A stretch of 64,000 nucleotides of DNA from Octopus sinensis (lineage: Eukaryota). The position numbers were made by a program, and so were the translations under genes. The notes under the pieces are model-generated. The model saw nothing but the letters and a program-made list of their open reading frames with translations, ran no database searches and had not been told where the DNA came from. Positions 49,633 to 63,361 of the stretch are shown piece after piece. The stretch is taken from contig NC_043006.1 of assembly GCF_006345805.1 (NCBI RefSeq), positions 104,532,001 through 104,596,000 of the forward strand, written 5' to 3'. The first letter of the stretch is position 1; every line of letters begins with the position of its first letter.

Positions 49633-50169
49633 CCTTCTGGAGACCTAAAATTGACAACTCATACATGTGCAGCAAAATATATAAGTCAGGTTTGCTATTA
49701 GTAGATTCTCTAGGGGCTTATATACATGCGGCTTGTCAGTGATATGTTGTGTTTTTAATTTTATTATTTTCTTGTAAGCTATTAATGCCAGTTTATGGTT
49801 GAACGGATTAAATGCTGTGCCCCGTTTTATGAGATTTTGGATAATGCATTTATTCTATAGTTACTAGGCATTTGATAAATAAAAAAAAATTTGTGCGTGG
49901 GATTTTTATTTTACATAAACATCTATGCACACAAATATTTCTATATGTATATACATCGCTCTTTCTCTCCCCCCTCTCTCTCTCTCGCTCTCAATCTGTC
50001 AGTCTATCTATATATTTATCTACCTATCTGTTTATCTATCTACATACACATATATATATATATATGTGTGTATGTGCATATACATACACACACACAGGGA
50101 CGCGCACACACACATATTTACACACACACATTTATTTATATACATATACACATACACACACGCACACAT

Positions 50170-50183
50170 ATATATATATATAT

Positions 50184-50246
<63 letters not shown>

Positions 50247-50373
50247 TGCTACATAAATATACTATATTTATATATGCATGTAAACACACTCAAGAACTTA
50301 CGGGTAAACACACAAATATACTTATACATGTACCTTTTTTCTCCACGTACAAATACACAAATGTTCACACGTG

Positions 50374-50404
<31 letters not shown>

Positions 50405-50422
50405 ACACAGAGGTAGACAGTC

Positions 50423-50454
<32 letters not shown>

Positions 50455-51270
50455 TGATAGATAGATACATACATACATACATACATACATACATACATAC
50501 ATACATACATACATACATACATACATACATACTACATACATACATACATACATAGAGATTTAAAAAGACACACACAAACAAACACACATACACAACAGAA
50601 ACGTGATAGATGTTTCAAATATATAGTTCGCCGACCGAAATGTAACTGGAGGCCAGAGATATTCTTTCTATTTTGACATTTCAATGTTTGTTTGTAGAAT
50701 ATTTATTCTATTGAAATTGCTTAAATCTATGATTCTATGTCATGGCCTCATATACATGTGTTGTATAGGTGAAAGAACTATCGCTGAAAACATCTTTATA
50801 CTGATGCGAAGCAAACAACTATGTATAGCCCTACTGAAAGTAAACTGTAGTTGCTCGAGGCTAAAACCACTGCATGAAATCTTGAGGAGATATTTGGCAT
50901 TTTATACGGATACGGATAGTGAAATATATCTCAGAGTCCCGACTGTGCTTCTGTTTTGTAAAATGCAAAAGATTGCTTAATCTAATATAATACGGAATTA
51001 TTTTATTCTATATGAGTTTGTTTGTATCATCTAAACTTTTGGATTTAGAAACGAAATGAAAAAGACTTACATGGTATACGTGGTTAAGTTTATTTCAAGA
51101 AATTATATTTATTCGGTGAGATTTAAATACACCACTATTGTTATTTCCATCCCCTATTGCTCTTTTCTCAGTGATTATTAGTTTGAGATAAACAGATGCA
51201 AATGACTCAGAATAGGCTGAAGTTTCAGCTCTATTATACACACACCACACACATATGTGTGTGTATGTAT

Positions 51271-51362
<92 letters not shown>

Positions 51363-51489
51363 TGCTACATAAATATACTATATTTATATATGCATGTAAA
51401 CACACTCAAGAACTTACGGGTAAACACACAAATATACTTATACATGTACCTTTTTTCTCCACGTACAAATACACAAATGTTCACACGTG

Positions 51490-51520
<31 letters not shown>

Positions 51521-51538
51521 ACACAGAGGTAGACAGTC

Positions 51539-51570
<32 letters not shown>

Positions 51571-52360
51571 GATAGATAGATACATACATACATACATACA
51601 TACATACATACATACATACATACATACATACATACATACATACATACTACATACATAGAGATTTAAAAAGACACACACAAACAAACACACATACACAACA
51701 GAAACGTGATAGATGTTTCAAATATATAGTTCGCCGACCGAAATGTAACTGGAGGCCAGAGATATTCTTTCTATTTTGACATTTCAATGTTTGTTTGTAG
51801 AATATTTATTCTATTGAAATTGCTTAAATCTATGATTCTATGTCATGGCCTCATATACATGTGTTGTATAGGTGAAAGAACTATCGCTGAAAACATCTTT
51901 ATACTGATGCGAAGCAAACAACTATGTATAGCCCTACTGAAAGTAAACTGTAGTTGCTCGAGGCTAAAACCACTGCATGAAATCTTGAGGAGATATTTGG
52001 CATTTTATACGGATACGGATAGTGAAATATATCTCAGAGTCCCGACTGTGCTTCTGTTTTGTAAAATGCAAAAGATTGCTTAATCTAATATAATACGGAA
52101 TTATTTTATTCTATATGAGTTTGTTTGTATCATCTAAACTTTTGGATTTAGAAACGAAATGAAAAAGACTTACATGGTATACGTAGTTAAGTTTATTTCA
52201 AGAAATTATATTTATTCGGTGAGATTTAAATACACCACTATTGTTATTTCCATCCCCTATTGCTCTTTTCTCAGTGATTATTAGTTTGAGATAAACAGAT
52301 GCAAATGACTCAGAATAGGCTGAAGTTTCAGCTCTATTATACACACACACACACATATGT
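50170..52360. repeat. Near-identical tandem duplication, period about 1.1 kb
   Basis: Identical 98-aa ORFs at 50684 and 51787; differences are mostly in microsatellite length. Confidence 0.93.
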
Positions 52361-52365
52361 GTGTG

Positions 52366-52404
<39 letters not shown>

Positions 52405-52469
52405 AAAAAGGCAACAAGGATATCCAAGGTAGTGTAGTACAATCGATTCATGCTACTTCATTTTATTAA

Positions 52470-52723
52470 ACACTGTAAGTATTACATCAGTTTTAAAATG
52501 TCGAGCAATCTTCAGCCACATATAGAATTTTTTTATTAAATGGACAATGTACATTGTTATACTCTTAAGGATGAAGTTAACCTCTCTGTCTATATATCTA
52601 CCCTCTTTGTAATATTGGCAAATGAAATACGTATAAAAATGTACATTCTCCGTTTGATTAAAAGATTCTATATGTGGCTGAAGATTGCTCGACATTTTAA
52701 AACTGATGTAATACTTACAGTGT
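52470..52723. mobile_element. MITE-like element with 59-bp perfect inverted arms
   Basis: 52470-52528 is the reverse complement of 52665-52723. Confidence 0.85.
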
Positions 52724-52972
52724 CTAATAAACAGAAGAAGTATGAAACGATTGTACAAAACTACCGTGGACATCCTTGTTGCTTATTTTGATTATAATCA
52801 CCCCATTTGATTTATATGGATAATACCATACCAAATTCTGGTGCCTTTAACTTAAGTACCATATTCATCTGAATCTAAATTTTGCTGAACTTATATATAT
52901 ATATATGTATATATCAGCAGACAGACAGACAGACAGTTAGACAGACAGATAGATAGAGAAACAGATAGATAA

Positions 52973-53076
<104 letters not shown>

Positions 53077-53078
53077 AG

Positions 53079-53385
53079 GCAGCGAGCTAGCAGAAACATT
53101 AGCACGCTGGGCGAAATGCGTAGCAGTATTTTGTCTGCCGTTACGTTCTGAGTTCAATTTCCGCCGAGGTTGACTTTGCCTTTCATCCTTTCGGGATCGA
53201 TTAATTAAGAACCAGTTATGCATTTAGGTCGATGTAATCGACTTAATCTGTTTGTCTGTCCTTGTTTGTCCCCTCTATGTTTAGGCAAAGTCGACCTCGG
53301 CGGAATTTGAACTCAGAACGTAACGGCAAACGAAATACGGCTACGCATTTCGCCCGGCGTGCTAACGGTTCTGCCAGCTCGCTGC
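53079..53385. mobile_element. Two family B SINEs in inverted (fold-back) arrangement
   Basis: Plus copy from 53079 and minus copy 53283-53385; arms about 103 bp. Confidence 0.88.
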
Positions 53386-53429
53386 ATTGAAACTATAATT
53401 ATTTCAACAATCAAGTCATGATCACTAAC

Positions 53430-54840
53430 CAGCACCGAATGCAGGGGAAGCACGATTCGCCATTTCACTATTAAAACAAAGAGTTGCAAGATGGAATTGA
53501 AACAAGTACTCGAGTGCTCGTTTCGGAAACGGCAAATAATATTAGTGAGAATGCGAAATATGAATTATCACGGTTGGAAACAGTTTCTGGAAGTCTTACA
53601 AACTGGCGAAATAAAGCTTTTGGTGCTCTTCCATTGTCTCTTTATCGAACTGGATTTCAAGTGTCTGATTCTTTTAAATACTTGGAAGACAATGATTTCT
53701 TGCTGCAATGCAACAAAGTCAGAAATGATGAAAAGAGGATTTTAATCTTCGCCTGTAACGAAGGACTTCAACAACTCGAAAACAGCTTATTTTTAGGAAT
53801 GGATGGCATATTCAAATCATCACCAATTTATAGGCGTAGGAGTGGCTATAGTGTGGTAATTAGTTTGCTTCCGAACCACCTTGGTAAGTGTCTTCTACTA
53901 TAGCCCCGGGCCGACCAAATGCTTGTGAGTGGATTTGGTAGACGGAAACTGAAAGAAGCCCGTTGTATATATGTATATATATATATATATGTGTGTGTGT
54001 TTGTGTGTCTGTGTTTTTCCTCCCCCAACGTCACTTGACAACCGATGTCGGTGTGTTTACTCCCCCATAACTTAGTGGTTCAGCAAAAGAGACTGATAGA
54101 ATAAGTACTAGGCTTACAAAGAATAAGTCCTAGGGTCGATTTGCTCGACTAAAGGTGGTGCTCCAGCATGGCCGCAGTCAAATTACTGAAACAAGTAAAA
54201 GAGTAAGTTCATGGTATCAGCTTTTTCACCATTCATGCTATTATAAATGGTAGATCTTATCCGGAAGCTTTCGTTCTACTGCTGGACAAAACACAAGCAA
54301 CATATCACGACTTTTCTTGAAATATAAAATTGCTGCCCAATATAAAAACCCGTCAAGTATTAATTGACTTTGAACGGGAAGTTCGTAATAACTGCGATTA
54401 CAACTTTACTGGAAGCACCTGCGTAGGTTGCTTATTTCATATTTACCAGACGGTTGATAGGAAATTATGTCGACTAAGTTATAAAGTTCGATATAGGACT
54501 GATGTTTCTTTTGCCACTAAAATAAAATTGTTCTGCGCACTGAGAATAAGTAATTGACACTTATGAAAATGTTTGTGAGGACGAATCAATTCCAATAGAT
54601 ATTATAAGCTATTTCGAGCTGACGGACACTGGACCAAAGAAAGCAAGACGTGGCAGACGAGAAGAGCCCTTGTGTCTAGTTAACTTTTGGAATGTTTACA
54701 GTCGAGTAATTCACGAATTGCCTCGGACAAACAATGCTCCTGAGGGGTTTCATCAGCATTGTGCACATCAATAACAAGCAAGCACCCAAACAAATACCTG
54801 GAAATGTTTTGATGCTCTTCGAAAAGAAGAATTCCTTACA
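53430..54840 (+). mobile_element. Mutator/MULE DDE transposase remnant interrupted by a SINE
   Basis: RILIFAC..MDGIFKSSP | WYQLFTIHAIING..LIDFERE..GCLFHIYQTVDRK..PRTNNAPEGFH. Confidence 0.88.
53835..54205 (+). mobile_element. SINE family A inserted in the MULE transposase
   Basis: Head aggcgtaggagtggcta..tggtaa through tail ctgaaacaagtaaaagag. Confidence 0.9.
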
Positions 54841-54894
54841 CAGACCAAAATAATTCATGCACAATGAGGAAATAATCCATAGAAAAAGAGAAAA

Positions 54895-55250
54895 TACCTA
54901 TTTCTTTACTACCCACATGGGGCTAAACACAGAAGGAACAAACAAGGACAGACAAACGGATTAAGTCGATGATATCGATCTCCAGTGCGTAACTGGTACT
55001 TATTTAATCGACCCTGAAAGGATGAAAGGTAAAGTCGACCTCGGCGGAATTTGAACTCAGAACGTAGCGGCAGACGAAATACCTATTTCTTTACTACCCA
55101 CAAAGGGCTAAACACAGAAGGGACAAACAAGGGCAGACAAACGGATTAAGTCGATCATATCGACCCCAGTGCGTAACTGGTACTTATTTAATCGACCCCG
55201 AAAGGATGAAAGGCTAAGTCGTCCTCGGCAGAATTTGAACTCAGAACGGA
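54895..55250 (-). mobile_element. Two tandem partial family B SINE copies
   Basis: atacctatttctttactacccac..tcgacc..ggatgaaagg..gaatttgaactcagaacg repeated at 54895 and 55079. Confidence 0.85.
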
Positions 55251-55369
55251 AAATACCAGTCAACAGATACGCGGATAAAAAATCTTTTACAATCTTATGA
55301 TAGTAACGATAAATTAACATTCCTAAAGGCAATTTGTTCATGCATTCAATTTTTCGGTTTCATTTTCAG

Positions 55370-55400
55370 GGAAAGAAGTTTCTCAGACCTATTTTCCTAA
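55370..55400 (+). CDS. Candidate terminal exon (RERSFSDLFS*)
   Basis: tttttcggtttcattttcag|G GAA AGA AGT TTC TCA GAC CTA TTT TCC TAA, phase 2 compatible with exon E; AATAAA at 55515. Confidence 0.35.
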
Positions 55401-55645
55401 TTGTTTGTTTAATATGTTTGATAAAAGGAAATATCATATGTGTATTTTTAATGATTTAAATAAGACACCTTTATTTTTCTACTGGTTTATACATGTGATT
55501 TTTATATTTTTATTAATAAAATTATTATTCTATTTTTTTTTTATTATTTATACTGATTATATACATCGATGTTTACATGAGAAGTATATTAATAACGTCT
55601 GGGATCAATATTTTTCGGGATCGAATTTACTGACACCAATATACG

Positions 55646-55703
<58 letters not shown>

Positions 55704-55708
55704 GACAA

Positions 55709-55747
<39 letters not shown>

Positions 55748-55766
55748 TGTGTGTGTATGTATATAC

Positions 55767-55803
<37 letters not shown>

Positions 55804-55814
55804 CATACATACAT

Positions 55815-55985
55815 ATACGATGTTGCTGTATTTACGTTCCCATAACATAGCGGTTTGGCAAAAGACACAGATAAAATAAGTCCTAGGCTTACAAAGAATA
55901 AATCCTGTGGTCGAATTTTTCGACCAAAGGCAGTATTCCAGCGCGGCCGCAATCACATGACTGAAACAAGTAAAACAACAATAAA
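55815..55985 (+). mobile_element. SINE family A, 3' half
   Basis: tttacgttccc.taac.tagcggtttggcaaaaga..cagcgcggccgcaatcacatgactgaaacaagtaaaa. Confidence 0.8.
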
Positions 55986-56099
55986 AAAAAACTATGCCCT
56001 TTTAATCCCGAGTAAGCCCGGTTGTCTCTGTAATAACTATTAATATTTCTTGCGGTTTTATTCATTTGTTCCCTTTCAAATGGAATTTACATACACTCC

Positions 56100-56402
56100 T
56101 ATATCACGTGACCGACCAGACCATCAGATGTTATTACACATCGCTGGTCACAATGCGTTCGCATTGTTTTAGCCTTTGAATGACGCCACCCCGCTGGCTA
56201 AGCGAGCAGGCTAACAGAAGAAAGAATAGGAGAAAGAGTAGTGAAAGAGTACAGCAGGGATCACCACCCCTTGCCGGAGCTTCGTGGAGCTTTTAGGTGT
56301 TTTCACTCAATAAACACACACAACGCCCGGTCTGGGAATCGAAACCGCGATCCTACGACCGCGAGTCCTCTGCCCTAACCACTGGGCCATTGCGCCTCCA
56401 CA
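56100..56402 (-). mobile_element. tRNA-derived SINE (family C head, different body from 4060)
   Basis: Minus strand tggaggcgcaatggcccagtggttagggc..ggtttcgattcccagaccggg. Confidence 0.88.
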
Positions 56403-56809
56403 CACTCTTATATATTGTGATATAACAGGAATGGCTGGTTTATTTTAGCCTTTAAATAATCGTTTGACCGAAAGGTAATTTGATATTGCTCTCATCAACA
56501 CTGTGATGTCTTTGACTTTTGATTTCTGCCAGGTGATATAGTAAAAACTTAGTCGAACGTTTGAGTGGCGAATATTGACAATTTTCTGTGCTGCATCAAA
56601 ACATCTGAAATCTTGTAAAGCTCTGGGATCTTTTCGGTTTGAACGGCAGTTTTTAACATAATTTCTAGGTAACTAAACATTTTAAACTTCGTGTACTGGT
56701 AGAATGTGTTTATAAAACATCTTTTTCTCTTGACTTTATTGAGAAAATTTTATAGTTTGTAAGATATGTGTTGTTTATTTTTTCTTCAATTCCTTCAGTT
56801 CCACTTAAT

Positions 56810-57390
56810 TTTCCACGTTGGCTTCCCTTGTTGATGTTGTTGTAAACTCCTGCTGTGTCTCTTCCTTTTTATTTTCCTCCCTGCTACCAGCCACGCCTCC
56901 TCAATCTCCGGGGTTACTCTGCCAATCTCTACTCTGGATACTCGTTTGCACAGTAAGTTGGCAGAGGTACCCACTCTGGTGTCCTTAGCTCCGCAGTGGA
57001 GTGGCTTATCACTTCTTGTTCGCTAGCGAACCTTACCTCCATTGTGCCTTATTTCCCTCTTCTCGTGTAGAATGTTGTGAGGCTTTTCACCTCCTTCAAA
57101 CACTCTTTCATTGCTTCCATCGTAGCTACTTCTACTTTTTTTCCGTTGCCGTGGACAGCGTTCTATACCACTGTCCGCTTCGTTACGCTCGTTGTCAAAT
57201 TTTCCGGCGGTTTCAACCTCAAACTGGTTCCATCCTTCTCGATAAGTCTGTTGAACTCCTTTAACTTCGTTTCCTCCATTTTCATCTCTCGAACCTGTAG
57301 TACGTCTGCAGTTCGTCTAGTGACTGAAGAAAAGCTGTCGGCTAGAACTGGTCACTTTCCATCCTTCCTTTTTTTCTCTACTTCACTCAT
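56810..57390 (-). mobile_element. Probable LINE ORF1 N-terminal remnant
   Basis: MSEVEKKRKDGKWPVLADSF..KECLKEVKSLTTFYTRRGK*GTMEVRFASEQE..; several stops; classified by general resemblance only. Confidence 0.45.
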
Positions 57391-58072
57391 AAATGAGGAA
57401 GAAAACAATTATAAAATCAGAGCAAAAAATAGCAACTAACAATTCAACAATGAGGTTAAACAATTAGGTTCACCCTTACGGGAGAACTTCAACAATTAAT
57501 TAACAATGCGACTCACGTCTGACAGCGATCAAATAAAGATTAAATCGAACAGCAAAACACACCGTTAACTACTGTGTCACTGACAGTTCACATGGTTCTT
57601 ATGTATTGTAATCGGTTACTCCACCTTCAGTCACGTGGGGGTCTCCCATAACAGTATCAAATGATGCTCGGAAACGTACCAGCATCTTAAGCTTAAAATC
57701 ATCCGGTTCGCGTTCTTTGGCAGTATCTAAAAAGTTCAAGAGAACAATGCTACAAGTGCCTCAAGTGATGTAGAATTCAGAAAGTGTACACGACTCTTTA
57801 TTTCTGTACTTACTGATTTCTTTACCCCGCATTTTTCTTTTGCGTTTTGCTTCCATACAATGAGCTTTTTATTTTCAATGAACTATTGTCCTGAACGTTA
57901 ATTGTAATTTCACATTAGAGTGGAATTATTGAAATTTCCATGAGAAGTGAATAATCTAAAGTATCGGATTCTTGCATTTCCTCAGATGCAAATGAGAGGT
58001 AAAGACAGATTTATTGTCATTCTACTTGTAGGCCGGTAAATGCATTATGTTATAGTTATTATATTTAATCGT

Positions 58073-58295
58073 GGAGGCGCGTGGCTTAGTGGTTAGGCTA
58101 TTGGACTCATAAGCTTAAGATTCTTGTTTCAATATCTGGACCGGGCAACGGGTTATGCTCTTGAGCAAAATACTTCACTCTACGTTGCTCCAGTCCACTC
58201 TGCAAGCAAAAATGAGTAATCCTGCGTCCCGTGGGGAATTTATACGCCAGGGAAACCGGGGAAACCGTCTCCTTATGAGTCGACATGAGTCGAGA
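58073..58295 (+). mobile_element. Diverged tRNA-derived SINE
   Basis: gtggaggcgcgtggcttagtggttagg..cttgagcaaaatacttcactc..tgctccagtccactc. Confidence 0.75.
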
Positions 58296-59479
58296 GAGTA
58301 ACTTTTACTTTCATTATATTCAATTCAGCCTTCTGTAAGTATCTAGATACCAGAGAAGTGATTTCATTAACAACGCTATACTTTTTCAGCAGTTTACCAC
58401 TAAACCACCATATAAAGAAAGTCAACATCCTTTGATAAGGTTGCAAAAGCAAAGAAAATTTTAGAAGAAAAAACATAAATAATAAATGAGCGGAAATAGA
58501 ACTGTTAAGTGAGTTAGATAATAAGGCGTTTCGACTATATGACCCTCCCCGAACACAAAATAAAGGTTTTCAGTTCGAATTCACTCTGATGCTCTTTTAT
58601 CCCGTTAAACGTAAAGTTTTTTTTTTTTTACCCGAAGTCAGGAATAGATATAAAACATCCCTGAAAGTATCCAATAATACAAAGTTAAAATCTATATTTT
58701 AAAAGTATATTGAAACCGGCGAAAAGGTTTGTTTTAGAAACGGTTTGGAACTTGTGAGATCCTTGTCTTTCATGCTTCTCTTCAACAGTGGCGATTTAGG
58801 AAGGCAAGAAACCAACCAGCCTCACAGATCAGAATGCACTGTAGTTGCAAAAGAACTAGCATGGTTATGGACCAAATAAACAGTAATTTTGGGTAAGAGC
58901 ATACCAATTATATATCGATTGAATGAAAAACAACTAAATAAACAAAAATAATGATACAGTTTTAAATTGACGTTTCCGTTATGAATGGTATTCATAAATT
59001 ATTACAAACTTTAACAACATTAGCAGGTGGTGAAGATCCAATATTCTACTTTATATAATGAATGAAACACCATATTGCAATTAAAGAACGCGTTTGCATT
59101 AAAGTTCTGCTTGACAAGCGTGATATTAAAACGTGGCTTGACCGCTATATTAACCATTATAAATATAAGCTGCAGGTATAAAATTTATCACATGCATATA
59201 ATTTAATATTAACAGCCATGCGCAATGCGTTACCAAAATAGAAAACTATAAATATCATTAAATGTGACAAAGGATGTTAGAACACCTATATTGCTAGAAA
59301 TAAGCGGTAAAATGCTCCCATGCTGTAGTTAAGGCACACAATTGTATACATATGTTGAGAGGGACTATAATCGCCCAAACACCGTCGAGGGTTCCTTATA
59401 CTGACGGATCAGTTTCGGCTCGCTCAGCTGATTCCGCGCACACACAGACACATAAACACATACAGACTCTAACACACAC

Positions 59480-59925
59480 ACATGTGGTAAGAAGCTTGCT
59501 TCTAAACTGCAGGGTTCTAAATTCAGTCTCACTGCGTGACACCTTGGGCTATTGTCTTCTACCGTAGTCTCGGGCCGACCAATGCCTTATGCGTGGATGT
59601 CGTAGATGGAAACTAGAAGAAGCCCATCACACACACTCAAACATATGTGTGTATGTGCATGCGGGTGTGTGTGCGTGTGCATGCGTGCGTGTGTGTATGT
59701 GTGTATGTGCACGTGTGAATGAGTGTGCGTGTGCGTTCGTCCCCCAGTACCGCTTGGCAACAGACGTTCATGTGTTCACCTCCACCCCACCCCTTAAACA
59801 AGCGGTTCGGCAAAAAGACACCGATAGAATAAGAAGCAGACTTAGCAACAAAATAACATACTGGCACCGATTTCTTCGGTGCTCCAGCATGACCGCAGTC
59901 AAATGAGTGAAATAAGACAAAAGAT
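59480..59925 (+). mobile_element. SINE family A, diverged
   Basis: gtggtaagaagcttgctt..caccttgggc..gcggttcggcaaaaagacaccgatagaataag..ctccagcatgaccgcagtcaaatga. Confidence 0.85.
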
Positions 59926-60086
59926 AGACACGTGATATATCTATTAATGGCGAGTTTATAAAGTTATAACAATATTTTGAACCTTACGATTATCTCAAAG
60001 TAGTCTATCGATCTAACTATATATATACATATACATATGTGTGTGTGTTTACATATATATACGAACATATATACGTATATATATAC

Positions 60087-60140
<54 letters not shown>

Positions 60141-60179
60141 TATATACGTATATATACATATATATATACGTATATACAC

Positions 60180-60210
<31 letters not shown>

Positions 60211-60274
60211 CACATATATAAACATATATATATATACATTTATATACATATATATATATATATATAATATATAT

Positions 60275-60319
<45 letters not shown>

Positions 60320-60477
60320 TATACATATATATATATATGTATACATATATATATATATATATATGTTGTACACATATATAATTAATCAATATAGGGTGGC
60401 AAAAAATTTCGTAGAATTTTTTTGCCACCAGCGGCCTAGTGGGAAAAAATTAAATAGTCATAGACCATTTATAAGTT

Positions 60478-60817
60478 CAACATCACAATCAAGGAATGGC
60501 CATAATAGGCCATTCACCCACTAGAAATAACAGCCAAAGCTTCAACCGCAAAACAACATTAATTCCGCAAACCAGAGAAAATTAAAAAAAAACATTACCC
60601 TGTATTTCTTATACGATGCACCGTTTCATCTATTGTTTAATGGTAAACTAACCTGATTAAATTAAATCAAGCCAATCTTCCATAGGCCTATGGAAGATTG
60701 TAAATGTTTTTTTAATTTTCTCCTGGTTTGCGGAATTATGTGTTTTGCGGTTGAAGCTTGGCTGTTATTTCTAGTGGGTGAATGGCCTATTATGGCCATT
60801 CCTTGATTGTGATGTTG
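60478..60817. repeat. Inverted repeat with about 118-bp arms and a 28-bp perfect palindrome in the spacer
   Basis: 60478-60596 pairs with 60703-60817; caatcttccataggcctatggaagattg at 60673-60700. Confidence 0.9.
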
Positions 60818-60842
60818 TACACATATATATATATATGTATAA

Positions 60843-60889
<47 letters not shown>

Positions 60890-61819
60890 ATTATATAATA
60901 TATATATATATATACATATATATACATACATATATAATACTATATATATATATAATAATATATGTAAGTATGTATACACACACACACACACACGCGCGGC
61001 GCACAACACACACACCACACACACACAATACTTTTCATTTCAAGTCAGGACATTCAAAGTACTTTTAAAAGCTAACTCATTTTGGAATCCTAATACATGA
61101 CAGACAAGCTGCCATCGGTAGTTAGTTTAATAATGCTATTAGGGAATAAATCCATTTTAAATGCAGATTTTGTCAATGACACAAGCGTTCTCAAGACAGC
61201 TTCTAGTAGTTGTTATCGATTAGTTTTCACTGGAAAGCATCCAGATTATGACTGACTGTAGTTCATAGGATGTGAAGTAATCTATCAGCCTACTTAAACC
61301 TCACCTCCTTTCGTTATTCTTACTCCCCCGATGTGCACTTTGCATGCTTTTGTTTACGAAAGGAAATATTATAGAAACCCGTGAACATACGAAGAGTACT
61401 TTGCTATGTGTCTGCGCGCGTCTTTCTGGCCTGGTGTGTATGTGTGTGTCTATGCACTTGCATAGGTTTGTAGATATATATGTGCTTGTATGAGTGTGTA
61501 TATGTATATGCGTGTGTATATATATATATGCCTATGTGACTACACAGACATACATAGTAATATAAACAGAGACAGGCAGAAACAAGGAAAATGTCCCTTG
61601 TATCTGAACACTATACAAATAGTCTTTAAAAAAAACGGTTCTTTTAATCTTTCCAAATTTAATTTTTTTCCATACATTCAGTTGAAAAAGTCTCAATGAC
61701 TGAAACCGGTACTGAAAGGTTTTTTTATAAAATTGCTTTAGCATTTTCTATCTTGACTTCTTTTTCCATATACATATATATATATATGTGTGTGACTGTA
61801 TATATATATATATATACCA

Positions 61820-62473
61820 GTGCTACTGGTAACATGTAACTCAGTACAACCTGTTGCATCGTCGGGTCGTCGGCGACTAAACCGGCAACCCCACCAAGCT
61901 TGCTTGGTGAGGAGAGTGTTTATTGGACACCCTGCGGGATGAAAAACAAAACCCGTCAAAGGGCGGAGTAGCTCTTGAGAGTCAACGGCCATCCAATAAA
62001 TATGTAATTTTTTTTTCTTAAGGCTTAAGGCTGTATAATGCGCGGGGACATAGAAATAACCAGACTGAATACCCGATCGCGCGGTTAAACCATTGGGAGT
62101 GAAGGACTCCTAGCCTTTGTTAGGGCATCCTTCTAGGAGAAGGTAACTCAGGTAACTGGGATAACTCCGATATAAAACCTGCGGCTCAGTGGTTACCGAT
62201 GATGTTGACTTGTTCTTCTTTTCGGATTATGGCTCCCGTTGCTTAGTGAGTGGGATTGACTCAGTGCACAGCCTTTCATCACTTTAAAAAATATCTTCTT
62301 ACACAGGCATTGCAAGAAAGCAACATTGTTCATGATTGTTGATGGTGCTGTGAGTCTCAACTGAATCGCTGTTTGTAGCCTTAAAAAGCAAATAAAAGTC
62401 ACATTCGATCAGAGCACCAACAACAGTTAAGCTTCGTGCAATGGTCTTACTCGATAACGAGGGGGCAGCCATC

Positions 62474-62475
<2 letters not shown>
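61820..62475 (+). mobile_element. About 650-bp non-coding interspersed element, copy 2
   Basis: Homolog of 13783-14435 with shared ends. Confidence 0.85.
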
Positions 62476-62506
<31 letters not shown>

Positions 62507-62644
62507 TTCTATATATGTCTGTATAGTCACATATGCATATACGCATATATATATAATGTATGTTGTATGTATGTATACACACCCACCCACTCACTCCACA
62601 GACATATATGTACGTATGCGTACATATACATGCATGCATACATA

Positions 62645-63000
62645 GAGGCGTAGGTGTGTGGGTACGAAGTTTGTTTCGGAACCCCATGATTATAGGTTCA
62701 GTGCCACTGCGTGGCAACTTGGACGAATGTTTTCTATTGTGCCTGTGGGACGACCAAATCTTCATGAGGGGATGTGGTAGACGAAAACTGAAAGAAGCTG
62801 GAAGCTCGAGGTATGTGTGTTTGTGTGCGTGTGAATGTGTGTGTGTGTGCATGTGTGTGCGTGCGTGTGATTTGGTTTGTCCTTTACCAACGCTTGATAA
62901 CCGGTGCTGGTTTGCTTTTATTGCTCTTACTAAGCGCTTTGGCAACAAGAAATCAATGGTATAAGTAGCAGAATTGAAAAAATGCTGCTCCAGCTAGAAG
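62645..63000 (+). mobile_element. SINE family A, diverged
   Basis: aggcgtaggtgtgtgggta..gttcagtgccactgcgtggcaac..gtagacgaaaactgaaagaagc. Confidence 0.8.
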
Positions 63001-63317
63001 AGAATATATTATTCAACAAAATACGCAACGATTAAAGATCGCTGCTATAAAATATAAAATAGAAATCGCCGCCGCATAAGAATGCATGCGAAAAAAATTC
63101 GAATGCAAATTAATAAATGCACTAACGACTAACATTGAAATAGAAGCAGCGGTTAAGAGAAACGACACATCGGACCTCACGCAATTTTTCCACATATCCG
63201 ATCTCTATATGCTTCTTACATAACTCCAACTGAAATTTGGAGTTTACGCATATATATAATATATTATATATATAATATATATATATTATATATATATATA
63301 TTTATATATAATATATT

Positions 63318-63361
<44 letters not shown>

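Noticed and set aside
50684-50980. 98-aa ORF, duplicated at 51787
   Set aside because: No recognisable domain; composition is typical of AT-rich non-coding DNA.
54735-54770. Minus-strand CAATG-CTGATGA...CATTG hammerhead look-alike
   Set aside because: No GAAA/UH; the plus strand encodes the MULE motif RTNNAPEGFH.
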